Positions 38,605-51,402 of a DNA stretch of 64,000 nt are shown here, in pieces (the stretch's first letter is position 1; each line of letters opens with the position of its first letter). Below the pieces are notes generated by a model. It ran no database searches, was not told where the DNA came from, and was given only the letters and a program-made list of their open reading frames with translations. The translations under genes and the position numbers were made by a program. The stretch spans positions 1,089,359 through 1,153,358 of the forward strand of contig MU004241.1 in the NCBI GenBank assembly GCA_010405405.1, in the 5' to 3' direction. This DNA is from Microthyrium microscopicum. Its lineage: Eukaryota.

Positions 38605-39770
38605 ATTATAAACCTAGTATTCTAATATATTTTTATTATTTTATTATTTTATATATAAATTTTTTATAAACTATATTATTATAATCTTTTAAATTCTAGC
38701 TATTACTATATACTAATTTTAATATTAAAACTTAATATTTAGGTTATAGATTAACTTATAATATTGCTTCTAAAGTTATAATTATTACTAAAGCTAGAAC
38801 TACTATTTAAAGCTACTACTTTTTTAGAATAGAATTAAGAAGTACTTTACTTTATTTATTTCTTTTTATAGCAACTTATACCTCTCTTTATTACTTTATT
38901 ATTTATAATATTTATTTAAATTATTAGGAAGTAATAAGAGAACCTTACTATATTATTTAATAATAAGAAAGAGTAAGGAATTAGTAAATTAAATTAGGAA
39001 ATTACTTAAAGAAGTAATTCTATAAACCTTAGAGGTATAAATATCTTTTTATTTTCTTTTCTCTTTTTTTTCTTTTTCTCTTTTTTATTATATACTTTAA
39101 GCTTTATGCTTTTATTAATACTCTTCTTATTATATTTAGTATTTATATAATCTTTATTATTAAGCTCCTAGCATATTCTTAATCTTAATAGTTCTTTAAA
39201 AGCTATTACTTTTTTAAACTCTTAGTATATTAATAGTCTTAGTATTAATAATACTAGAATACGTTAATAGCCTTAATATTTATAGAGGTAAAGCATAAGT
39301 AATACTTCTTACTATTTTTAGTTATTATCTAGTTCTCTAGTCTTTAATAATTCTTTTATTACTATTACTTCCTTAACTTTAAGAACTTAACTACTAATAG
39401 TTCTTATCTTTAAAGACTTAACTTTTTTATTATCTTAGTACGCTAATAGCCTTAGTATTAATAGTACTAGATAATACCTTCTAACTCCTTAATAGTAACT
39501 ATATTATTATACTTACTACTTTCTTTCTTATAGACTTAAGCTACTAAGTAGGTCTCTTAAAAAAACTTATTATTAGTATTATATAAACTACTATTATTAT
39601 TCCTTAACTTTAAGGACTTAACTTTTTTATTACCTTAGCTATAATAGTACTAAAATTTATATTACTTTTAAGTATATTCTAAATTCTTATAGAATATTAT
39701 TAGTAATTCTACTATTATTAATCTAATCTTAGTACTTTAGTTTAGGCTTAGTATACTATAACTAGAAAGT

Positions 39771-39889
39771 ATATTTAGTAAAAATATATAAGTATCTAAT
39801 TATTCTATATTCTATTCCTAAGTAGAGCAAAAGAAATATTTAGTAAAGATATATAAGTATCTAATTATTCTATATTCTATTCCTAAGTA
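39771..39889 (+). repeat. Tandem duplication (65-bp period) in the retroelement leader
   Basis: atatttagtaaa(a/g)atatataagtatctaattattctatattctattcctaagta occurs at 39771 and 39836. Confidence 0.85.
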
Positions 39890-42800
39890 AAAAGATATAA
39901 TACTAAGCCTAAATTACTTAAAGAGGAAATCTAAGAAGCTTAAAGGATATAAATATCTTTCTTTCCTTACTTATTCTTCTTTTCTTCTTCTTTTTTCTTT
40001 ATACTAAAGTAGTATCTTCTAAATAAAGGTATAGAGATACTAAGGTAATATCTCTTAAATAGAGTAACGATTTGCTAAAAGTACCTATTATAAGCTTATG
40101 TATACTTTTTCTAAATAAACTTAATATAAATTGCTTAAATAAGTAATCTTTTAATCCCTAGGGGTATAAAATATTTTTTTTTTTTTCTTCTCTACTTCTT
40201 CTTTTTCTTCTTCTATATACTAAGATAGTTCCTCTAAATTAGAGGTATTTCTAAAATAGCCTACTAAGCTAAAAGAATAAGCTATAGTAACTTAATATAG
40301 TAATAGTGTTTCTATCTTCTAATTAGAGTAATATTAAAGATATTAGTCCTTATAGAAAGCTAGGTATTATTCTTAAGTATACTATATAAACTTTATAGAA
40401 AAATTATCTAAAATAGTAATTACTAAAGATCTTTCTATAGTAGTTATATTAAAGAATAGTAATAACTAATATACTTAGATTAACTCTATAAAATAGTAGG
40501 TATACGCTTTAGATATATAAGATTATATTAATTTAGAAGGAACTAGTTCTCTTCTAAAAGAACTAGTATACTTATCTAAAATATACCTAGTAGAACTTAT
40601 TATTTCTTAAGTATCTATAAAGAATAATAAGGATTAACTTACTTAAATAGTAAAGTTAATTCTTATTTAAGAATATAATATTTTATTATAAATATATAAT
40701 TTAGACTACTAAGAGTACTAAGATACTAAAAATGCTATAATTAAGATTAATAACTTTTTAAATAAGATAATATCTAAAAGTCTTTAGAACTATATTACTA
40801 ATATCTTTAAGGCTTAAAATATACTCTAAGTACTTTAGAAAGATATTTATTCTTTCTAAACTAGTATAATCTTAAAGCTAAATAAAGAATTTAATACTTT
40901 AAGGAAGAGGTATAAATAGTAAGAACTATAACTCTAGCTAACTTATTAAATATTTCTTTAAAGAGAAAGTTCTTTTTATAATAAGAATAGAATTTTTAAG
41001 AAATAGCTTATAAATACTTTTATAGACGCTACTTAAGTTTCCTACTTTAGTATTTAGATATAGTTTACTTATTATTATATAGAAGGTAAATAACTTATCC
41101 TTTTAGAGTATATTAAGAAGTATTAGACTATCTATAGTAAGGAAACTATACTAGTATTATAATCTAGTATTACTTTTACTACTACTCTTAATAAAAAGAC
41201 TTAAGAAGAGATATTTTAACCTAAGAAAACTTTTTTAATTATAAATACTTATTAACCTTTCTTAACGTTTAAATTATAGAGTTCTTAAAAGAATAAAAAG
41301 ATAACTCCTTCTTACTTTTATAGTAAAATAAAATTTTATAATAATTACTTCTATCTTTAACTTAATAAACGTCTAAATAAATAGTATCCTAACCTTAAAG
41401 TAAAAGCTAAAGTTAAGAAAAGCTTTAAGAATTTTATACTTAAAGCTAAAGTTAATTATATTCTTTAAAAAGAGTAAAAATAAGAGTATAATAATAATAA
41501 CTAACTACTTAAACTAATTAAATATATAGATATTAAAATAGTAGTTATAAAAGTTATAATATTTATAATAATTAAGATATTTTTTAATAAAAAGTTTATT
41601 CTAAATTCTAAAGTAGATATATATATTTATAATAATAGATTCTACTTTAAGATATATAAGAGTATTTCTAGTTTTTTAATCTATAGTAGAGTTTCTTTAT
41701 AGGTTATAGAATATAGTAATATAGATATTATTATTTTAAGCCCTAAAGAATATTAAATAGTTACTCTCTATAACGTTACTTATATATTTAGCTTCTATAA
41801 GAATTTAGCTTCTTATTATAGAATAAAAGCTATAGAATATTGCTAGAATAATAAAATAGGCTAGATTAAATACGTTAAAATAAGAAAGCTTCTAACTAAG
41901 ATTATCTCCTTTAATGTTTACTTCTTCTTTAAAAATAATTCTTACTATACCTTCTTTATAATATTATTACTTTCTCGCACTTCTATAGCTTCTATATCTA
42001 AATAGTACTAATGAATAAGTTATATTAATAAAGCTATAGTATTTTATATAAAATATATTACTAAAGGTATAAAAATTACTTTAAACGTTACTTCTTTTAG
42101 AAATACTAAAGATAATAACTATTTCTATAAAATCTATATTAAAATAAAGTAGAAGAAATAGATTTCTTATTAACTAATAAATTTAGGCTTAAAGCCCTTT
42201 AAGAAGCTTTATATTAATCTAATTTAGGTTAAGAAAGGCTATAATAATAATTACTAGATTATTTATATTTACTATACTATTATGAAGTTCTATCTACTAA
42301 AAACACTTCTTTAGAAGATATAAAAGAACTATATTTAATTTCTACACTACGTATTTACTATTATTAAGAATATAAGTTACAAAGTAAATAATATTAAATA
42401 TAAGGTCCTTTAAATCTATAGAGATTATAAAGCTATAATAAGTAAGAAGTAAGATAATAAGATCTAGCTAAATAGCATTATTAAAGAACTATCTATACCT
42501 TATACTGCTTTATAAAATAGTTCTATAGAAGTATTAAGACAAATCCTAATATCTATTATAAGAGTACTAAAATAATATAATAGCTTTCTAGATACGTTAT
42601 AGCCTAAACTTGCTTACTTAGTAGTCTATCTATTTAATAAAATTCTAAAGAAGTAGCTAAACTAGAGAATACCCTTTAAGATAGTATTTAAATAAGTACT
42701 AAATCTCTTATTAGTCTAAATTATTAGCTTAAAAACCTATATTTATAATCCTAACATTCTAAAGCTTAAAAAGCTTTAATCTCGCTTAATTAAAGGTTAG

Positions 42801-45328
42801 TTAATAAGTTATACTAGAAGTAATATCTTTAGAGTCTAGATTCCTTTAAATAACTATATTATTAAAGTACGAAATATTATAATTAATAAAACTATTAAAT
42901 TTAACGCTACTACGCTTACTATAATTAATAACTAATCTACTAATGCACCTCTAGACATACTACTCTCTTATCTTAAAATAAACGTTAGTAGTAGTATATT
43001 TAACCTATAAGAAGCTAAATAATAGCTTAATTAAAATTAAGGAGTATAGAATAATTAATAGTAAGAATAAGATAGCTATTAGACTTCTAAAAACAATTCT
43101 AATTAACCTATATTTAACGACTAGCTAATAACGCCTAATCCTATACTATTACTATTATCTTAGCCTTCTTTATAATATCTAATACTCTCTATAAGTCTAT
43201 TACTTACTTAAGATTATACTAAATTAAGAGAGGATACTTTAAAAAATCCTACTCTTATAATTTTACTAATACTACTATTAACTATTCTAATAGCTTATCT
43301 AAAATAGTAATATATTACTAAGTACGAATAAGAAATCTAAGCTTCCTAAAATATCTTTATACGTATTATAAGAAGTAGTTATATTCTATAATTCTTAAGG
43401 ATTACTAATCTAGTACTCTATAAACCTTACCCCCTTATCTTATTATATTATATATTTTTTATAGCTTTAGTTTAATGCTACTATAAAAGAAATATACTAG
43501 AATTACTAAAAACGTAGTTTAAAATAATAAAACGCTCTAATTAAGACTAATATCTTTTAGCTACTAGAATTAAAATTAAAATACTTTAGGAATAAGGTAT
43601 ATTTAAAAAGGTCTATACTCCTTAAACTAATAAGCTTATTCTACTCTTAAAGTAGGTATTCTTAGAGAAGTACAATTTAAATAGCTTTCTTCTTAAATAT
43701 AAGGCTAGAATCTATATAAAAGAAGATCTATAGTATTAAAATCTAGAACTAAAGATTTATACTATTACTAAAGCTTATTATATATTACGTATAATTTTTA
43801 TATTAATAGCTATATTTAATCTAGATCTTTACTAATTTAATGCTATAAATACTTTCCTAAATACTATTCTAGATAAAATAGTTTTAATTTAATGCCCTAA
43901 AGGCTTTAATATTCTTAGAAAGGTTTTACTACTTTACTACGTTTTCTATAAACTACTAAGATCTTTATTACTATAGTATTAAAATATAAGAGCTACCCTC
44001 TATATAATAAAGTTTAAGTTTATTCTAAAAGACTCTTATCTCTTTAAATATATTTAGTATTCTATCTTTTTCTTTTATTATATTAATAATTTTTTTCTTT
44101 TCTTACTAAAAGTATATTAAGTAAAAATAGATAAAATAAAATATAAACTTAGTATATACTATGCTATAAAGAATTTAGGTACTCTAAAAAACTTTCTTAA
44201 TATTTAAATACTTTAAAATTAAGCTAATTAAAAGCTCTAAATTTTATAAAACTAGTATATTAATAAAATTAGCGCTAAATTCTAGCTTAATATTATAAAG
44301 AAGACTAAATACATTATTCTTATTTTAAATCTTATTAAACTTATTCTAAATAAAGAATAAGTATTTAAAGATTAGATCTACGCCTTCTAAATACGTTATA
44401 GCTTTATAATCTATTTTATAATAGTATATAGGCTAAATATCTATTATATAGCCTCTTATTTAAGCTACTTTAACTAGAATCTTTCTAAGCTTTACTATTA
44501 TAAGATTAAGAGAACTATTCTATATCTTTAAGTAATAAAATACTTTATGCTTAAGTATTATAGAACTACTAAAGTACTTACTATTAGTAAAGAAGTATTT
44601 CTTATAGCCTATAATGCTATATTTATAAATAATTAAGAGACTTAAAGATTAACCTAGGGCTTTTTATTTAACCTATTTAGAGAACTTATTAGCTAGTAAT
44701 CTTTACGCTAGAAGATAGTCTTAATATCTATAATAAAAGTAGAACTTTTATTCTTTTTAAACGCCTTAAAAGAGCTAATCTTAATCTAACGTCTCTTCTT
44801 ATAACTTAAGTTTAATCCTAATATTAAAATACTAATATTAAATAATAATACCTAAATAGTAAGTATTATAATAAAGTAGGCTTAGCTTTTATCTTCTAGA
44901 TTAAAGTATATTAATATATATTAATTCTAGCTTTATTAAGAAGTTATAGAGAGCTATATCTCTATTAAATAGGTTTTTATAGGTAAGATACTAGTAGATA
45001 ATTTAATAAAAGCTTTCTCTTTATAAGAATATAAGAAGTTTAGAAAGATACTAAATTTAGTAAATATAGAGTACTTAATACTAGCTTAAGAAGATTCTTT
45101 CTAAAATGCTATAAATACTTTTACTACTATTATAAATTACTAAATCTTCTATATTTATATATAAGCTAAATTTCCTATACTAGAGCTACTTAATAGTACT
45201 CTTTATTTCCTATTTTAACTAGTTTTAATATTTTAGTAGCTTAGTCTTAGAAAACCTAAAAATTAATATTTCTTTATACTTAATACTAAGTATATCTTAA
45301 GATCTATAGGTTAGAAACTTAAGGAGTA

Positions 45329-45623
45329 TAATAGAAAGTTTATTCTAAACCCTAGATTTGTACTAGTCTTAATCTAGGATTAGGAAGTAAAAATACTAAA
45401 ATTTAGCTTCTATTAGCTATTATATCTTTTTACCTTTTCTACTTTTTTTTATATATTACTTTTACCTCTATTATAGCCTAAATTCTAGGCTCTAAGAAGA
45501 CACGTTTTATGTCTTTAATGGGGTATAAATACTATAGTTATTATAGTAGTTAGTTAATTAGATTCTTTAATGTTCCCTTTACCGATTCTGCATTCCTTAA
45601 GCTGCACGGACCGTATTCCGTCA
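45329..45623 (+). repeat. 3' LTR (295 bp)
   Basis: Starts taatagaaagtttattctaaacc (vs tgacagaaggttcgttccaaacc in the 5' LTR) and ends ccgtattccgtca; preceded by purine-rich aaggag (degraded PPT). Confidence 0.93.
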
Positions 45624-46263
45624 CAATGCTATTACCCAGGGTCCCAGATACACAAGTCCCTGATGTTTACTGATGCGTCGTTTGTGTTCCTAGATCGTTT
45701 GATACAATCGCTGCTATTCAACGACAGCATGAATTCCTCTTCTCTGTAGCAAGTCTTCAAACTACTTCCTATTGAGCAATGTTAAAGGAATGGCGTTGCG
45801 TCTTCCGGTACGACAAAGACCTTATCCTGGATGCTCAGTCAAACGACGCTGGATTATGTAGAATACGTTTGAACTCAAAGCCAAGCTTGATGGTTGAACT
45901 GAAGGACAAAATGAATGGCATACTCCCATCCATTACGATATCTCCCATAGACCTCTATGAAGGGTACCAAATATGTTCTTATCCTCGCCGCTACTTTGTA
46001 TAATTTTCTGAGAATCAGCAACAGACCTGGAAAGCCAACAACATTCTTTGTCTTACAACTTCTTGAAAGAAAACAGGGAGTTGCACGTAGACGGTCTGGA
46101 ATTCTGCATGGCAGCCTGTTGGGGGCCAAAATGCTGTGCCTCCCTTTGGCATTGTCTGACCGGACGTCCGCCAGTTGACTAACCCCGCCTTGATACCTTA
46201 TGCATTCACTTTGATATAACTTTATCATCCTCGAAGCGGATTCTGAGTTGAGAATTATTCAAT

Positions 46264-47602
46264 ATGAGTGGCTCCAAGGAGACTCCGCTAGACGATGCTT
46301 TTGAGCACATTGACAGGGCTTGGAACGACGACGACGAATTACTAGATGACCTCGACTACAGCGTTGTCAGCCTAACAAAGGATAATTCACCAGCAGACTC
46401 CGAAAGCAAGGGAGAGTCTGGAAAGGGAAAGAACAAAGTCGACGACGATATGCAGTCCATCAATTCCGAGTCAACAACCACTTCCGACCTTCTCGATGTT
46501 GATGTTGACCCAGCAGTGCTTCTATCAAGCGTTAGTGCACTGGTGTCAACACTAGAAGAGCTAGTTAGCAGTATAGGCAAGCTTCGCGAGAAGCATACCG
46601 CGCCAGGACTGGACGAACTAAGCAGTACAGCCCATGAGATATTTCTTCAGTTGTCAGAACTGGAACGCATTGCTTCATCCTACGCTTCGACAGACAACAA
46701 CCCTTTTCAGCCTAGTAACGAAAGAAGCATAGATCCTGCCGTTCTCAAATGGACTCACAATGTTCAACTGTGTCTATTAGAGTTACATGCCAAGGCAGAT
46801 ACCCTTGCCACAAGGTCGTCTATGTCATCGGATGCTGATTTCATGGACGACGCAATAACCATTCAGGAGACAGATGATGTGAGTTTAGCAGAGACTTTAG
46901 CCAGTATCAGAGCCGAAAGTATTATCGAATGGACTTCTTATGATGCTCGATTGAAAAGTTTCAAAGAACGGATGGAGAATATTTTGCCAATACTTCAAGC
47001 GTATGTTACATATCATTTTGCTCAAGATACACAGACTGATTTGGCGTAGTGATCTCAATTCATACCACACTTCCAGAATAGCTTTTGTCAACCAAGACAA
47101 TGAAGAGTGTAAGAAAGCAGACAAAATGCTACCAGTCTTGCGCAACCGCCTCTACAACCTAAAGGACACCCTCAACAACCTCCACAAAATCTTTCTAAGC
47201 AAAGGAACCAACGGTCAGATGGTCGTTGAAAGATTCGAAGTATTAGCATTCTCCGAGGTAGATATAGGCGATATTACCAAAGCGCTCTCCGTCTATCTCA
47301 GCAATCACGGCTCCGATTGGCTCAACAGCCTGCTCTCAGGAGGCCTCTCGTTTTCAGAGTTCAGGAGCCTTGATATATCATACGTCAACGAAGTCGAGCA
47401 AGACATGGTCGAGTGGGGAAACGAAATATGTCGTGAGGTAGCTTCAAAAGACACGCCTCGGCTCGATATCTCGAAAAAGTCTTTCATACCGTTGGTCACA
47501 AATCGCAAGCAAAACGCAAACAACATGTCTGAATTCGCTGAGATGCTACCGTATCGACTGGAGAGACTGGCAGAGCTCAAACAGCTATTGAAGGTGGACT
47601 GA
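46264..47602 (+). CDS. Hypothetical, predominantly helical protein
   Basis: Two long ORFs joined in frame by intron 47001-47049 (GTATGT…CTGAT…TAG); acidic N-terminus followed by amphipathic helices. Confidence 0.75.
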
Positions 47603-48595
47603 AAGCTCTCGAGGTCACCTCGCTTCGTTTGGGAGCCATCATGATAGATCAGATGTGTCATTCACATACGCTGTATGTAAAAGAAGATGTAGATCATAGT
47701 ATCAAGGTTGCATAATGTAAATTTCAGATCCAGTAAAGCTGTCAGGAATCACTGTCATAACATTTCGCCAGTCATGGCATGAAATTGTGTAACCACGCAA
47801 GATCGTGTTATGTGACAACGCTCCGTAGGGCGAGTACCAACAACGTTCCCCAACGACAAGTCAGTTGCTGCTTGGTGGTGGCTGAGTTGCATAGCCAATT
47901 CTCGCACGATCTCATCCGATTTAGCCCATCATGCACGTTCTTGCCCAGCTTTCAATTGATAGACCAATCGTATGTGCCTATATCACCACACTAGTACCTC
48001 CTACCTCAGCACTTGTTCCAAGCTCTTGGGCGAAGCTTACGGAGAAGACTGTTCACTTTTAGACCGATGTTAGTCAAACTACTTGAGTTCGCTTCTTCAC
48101 CAAGGCACCTCCGCTTGAATACGATGCCGCCTTTTGGTAATGCCACGTCTTTGAGCTAGCTTTGACACTTTGAGCAAGCCATTTTCAGTCTGCGGGCTAG
48201 GTCTCATTGAAATGGCAAATAGTTTTAAGGGCTTTACGGATTTACGTTATGGCAAAAGAAATACGAACTACTTGTCTTACGAGACATGTGCGATTTCTAC
48301 AGTGGTGTAGCTACTGTTCAGCCTTGCAGAGACAAAGAGGACATTTCCCCCAATATCTGGTCTATTTTGAGCATCCAAAATAGCTAGTTCATGGTTCAGA
48401 TCTATCAATCACTCATCTCTCCGTCCAAAAAGTGTAGTGTAAAACGATACGGTAAAGGACATGACAGTATGGTAGTAAGGAAATCATATAAAGCCCAAGA
48501 TTCAACAAGTCTATATCAAACCCATCAGCTTTCTCACACCATCTCGCAATAGCACAAGACTAACACCACGCAGCCTCATACAACCCACCAGCACC

Positions 48596-49137
48596 ATGAA
48601 GTTCACCAAATCCACCACCCTCCTCTCCACCATCAACCTAGCCACAGCCGCCCCATCTCCAATCCCCCAAATCCCCTCCAGCGGCTTCATAATCCTCCCA
48701 ACCGCCCCATCACAATACGACATCTCAACCGGCGCAATCCACTACGCCATCGACACCGGCAAACTCACCAACACCACCACGTTGCTTACCTTCGCCTACC
48801 CAGCAGCCTCAGCAGGTCAAACATGTACCTTCCACCTCTACCTCTCCGCGTCCTCCGTGCAAACCAGGTCCAAGAATCTCGACATCTTCTCCAGTCTGCA
48901 GCCAGCTACCAAAAGCACCACGTCCTGGGGACCGGGGAATCAGCGGAATGTTCAGTTGGCGAGGGTGGTGGTTAGCAGGCTAGGCGATGTTAGCTATTTG
49001 ACGGGGTGTACGCAGGTTGGGAAGGCGTCTGCTTGTCCGTTGGGGACGGTTAGGTATGAGGTTGTGGGATGGGGGATGCTATGGATGTTGAGTGGGTTCA
49101 GGCGGCGGGTGTTGGTAGTTATATCAGTTACGCATAG
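48596..49137 (+). CDS. Small secreted protein (But2-C-like), with an apparent 1-nt frameshift near 49070
   Basis: Signal peptide MKFTKSTTLLSTINLATAAP; TLLTFAYP…CTFHL, DIFSSLQPA, SWGPGNQRN, CP…YEVVG. The shifted frame gives a plausible end GDAMDVEWVQAAGVGSYISYA* at 49137; the unshifted ORF runs to 49195. Confidence 0.65.
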
Positions 49138-51402
49138 GAGTAGACAGGAGGGAAGGTGGGTGATGGGGAGTTGGTGGAGGATGAGGAGCGGGTGATGGTA
49201 ATGTAGGTATGTTTATACCTTTGGATATTCCTTGACAGGAATGAGATGAGAATTTACTTATTGCTCAGATCTTAATGTAGTCGACATGATCTTTCAAGGT
49301 GAAAGTATTCTCTGGGCATTTCATGGTGCGGAGAAGATGACTGCTATGGCTGTTTTTCGAAATGTGTGAAGCCCAGGAATGATGTGAATTCATTTTGTCG
49401 AGAATCAACAATGCTGAGCTTAACAGGTCGACAAGATAGAGGGCATGATCCAGTGAGATGTTATGTCTGCCGTATGGGACGCTGTACTACCAGATGCTTT
49501 GTATCCTATAACATGTGTAAAACTACACATCCTACATCGAATGCGATGAAAAATATGACATGTCTTGTTTAGAAGCTTTGCGGAGCCAATGGAGCCAAAT
49601 TAGCCAATATGAGTCGACATTGCAAATTGCTTTCCTTGCTCTTTATCCCCAGAAACACAGGGCTCATTATAGCCTAGCCCTTAGTTGGGTGAATTGGGAC
49701 AAAGCTGTGATGTGTTCTGTTCTTTCTGGCGCTGATGAGAAAAAGCAGATCGATCACACATAAGTTTATCACGAAAGGAAGAGTATGTTGCTGTTTATAT
49801 AAATGTCTCGCCTGGGAATGTTTACCAAACAGGGATATGGTGGTTTGGACTGTCTGTGTCGTGGGTGTCTACGGTACGGGGTACATCTTAGTGGGAATTA
49901 GGGAGCATGGAAAAGAGTTCAAGTTTGGTACACTTGTTGTTAAGACAATATCAGAAAGTGGGCCTGTGAAATTACACTACAGACACTGACAAAAGCCCAT
50001 CAAGTTTCAGACGTCGGCTGAAACTAGAGAGATGCGTCTCAAAGGTACCTGTGTACAGTTGCACGAAAACACCAAAATGTCCGGCACAAAGCTGGCAAGT
50101 TGAGAAAAACTCTTCATGGCATGAAAGTTCATGCGTCAATGATGCACATCTGGGCAAAACGCATTCAGTGGTGACGCAGTTGTATTGACGGGGGGACAAG
50201 CAATTATAGGATCATCGGCAACGATGTCATCCTTGCGGCCGATCTTTGATTCCTTGAAGCTGGGTTCTGGCGGACCCACACGTTGCCGAATCTAGAACCA
50301 ACGCGGCCTGACAACGCGAGCTAAACCTGAAGCAGCAAAGGCAAGCCACAACGTTTTGCCATGTTTGGTCTTGACATCGACGATCAATTGGTTCGTTGCT
50401 CGTCGACTAATTTTCACATGGCTAGTTTGGCAACCTGGGGCTACCTGGCCATGCAGCTGTTGCAGGGCAGACCAGCTGGGAATAAGGTCTTGGAAAGCAT
50501 GAATAGATGAAAGCGCAAGACGAACTGCAACCAGGTTACGACTTGAGAAGCTTCAAATGAAAGTCGAGGGCATGAAATTCAAGATGGAGGTTTGAAATGT
50601 TTGATGGAAATTTGGACAGATTGGCTGTGATGACAGTGGCTTGCCCTTTGCGCGTAGATCGATCGACAGGACTGAACAGGAGCTTTGGAGCGATGATGTC
50701 ACTGACCCCAGTGGCGCGTCGACCATTGAGAGGCGTTTACAGCATCAACACTCGAGACGAGAGTGGATCTCTGGTCCAGGAAGAGATTTGATGCATTCCC
50801 CATGAATTGAACCATCGACATTGATTTGAACATGTCGCAATTGACTCCGTAGAACCTGGTAAACAGTCAAGGACGTTCCTGCCTGGTCAGACTGCTGGTC
50901 AATCGTGCTTGCCCTTCATTTGGAAGACGGCAGGAGCACAGGAGCCAACAAGCAAGCGCAGGTCGTGATTATTTCCAAGGCAAGAGCAAGTGGCCGTCGC
51001 ATGTTTACTACTGGTTATTCTTGCTCCAAATTGCGCCTTCCCGTTGAAATCAGGATGGATACCTCATACCTGTTGCCGTACCTAATGCTCGCTGAAGTGG
51101 TGGTCCTAGCTCCTGCCAATGCCATTTCTGATCCTTGACTCAATTCTGTGCCCACCCATTGCCAAACTTGCCTCAGCCTGCCAACTGTTGCTACGCCAGA
51201 CTATTTCATTGATTTTTACCTCGCCCTCAATAAAAGCCTGCCTGTCTCCACCTCGCTGCTGCGACCTTTTACTTTCCCGTTTACACAATTTACCATCAAT
51301 CACACATCTAACAAACTCATCATCACCTTCAAACCCCATAGCTTTACCCATTCTTCACTGTCTACTGCCTCTTAACTCATCTCACGTGCTCTTGCTTTCA
51401 TC

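Larger units (their letters stand above)
38310..45623 (+). mobile_element. Full-length Ty1/Copia LTR retrotransposon, inactivated by RIP
   Basis: TG…CA termini (TGACAGAA/TTCCGTCA) and 5-bp TSD CAATG (38305-38309, 45624-45628). Extremely AT-rich with no ORFs. De-RIPped motifs occur in Copia order: PR FILDSGADIHICN (about 41596), INT PFEKLHIDLI (about 42195) and PYT-QNG-AE (about 42498), RT KYKARICVRGDLQ (about 43695), QFDAVNAFLN (about 43833), Y(V/I)DD (about 44080), RNaseH KHIDI (about 44904), MPADGLTK (about 44988). Confidence 0.95.
38176..46003 (+). pseudogene. PHD-finger gene disrupted by the Copia insertion (5' part 38176-38309, 3' part 45629-46003)
   Basis: Removing the element rejoins …IRYLCENEHDDGQIVFYEDCSTWQHIQC|YYPG…; after a 1-nt frameshift it reads QVPDVY*CVVCVPRSFDTIAAIQRQ and continues in frame into the 45779-46003 ORF. 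Confidence 0.75.

Noticed and set aside
38400..45500. AT-rich block as centromere, NUMT or contaminant
   Set aside because: LTRs, TSD and ordered Copia PR-INT-RT-RH remnants explain it fully as a RIP-mutated retrotransposon.
38308..45625. Alternative element boundaries TGTGAC…GTCACA
   Set aside because: Flanks would be TACAA/ATGCT with no TSD; boundaries 38310-45623 give a perfect CAATG TSD and equal 295-bp LTRs.
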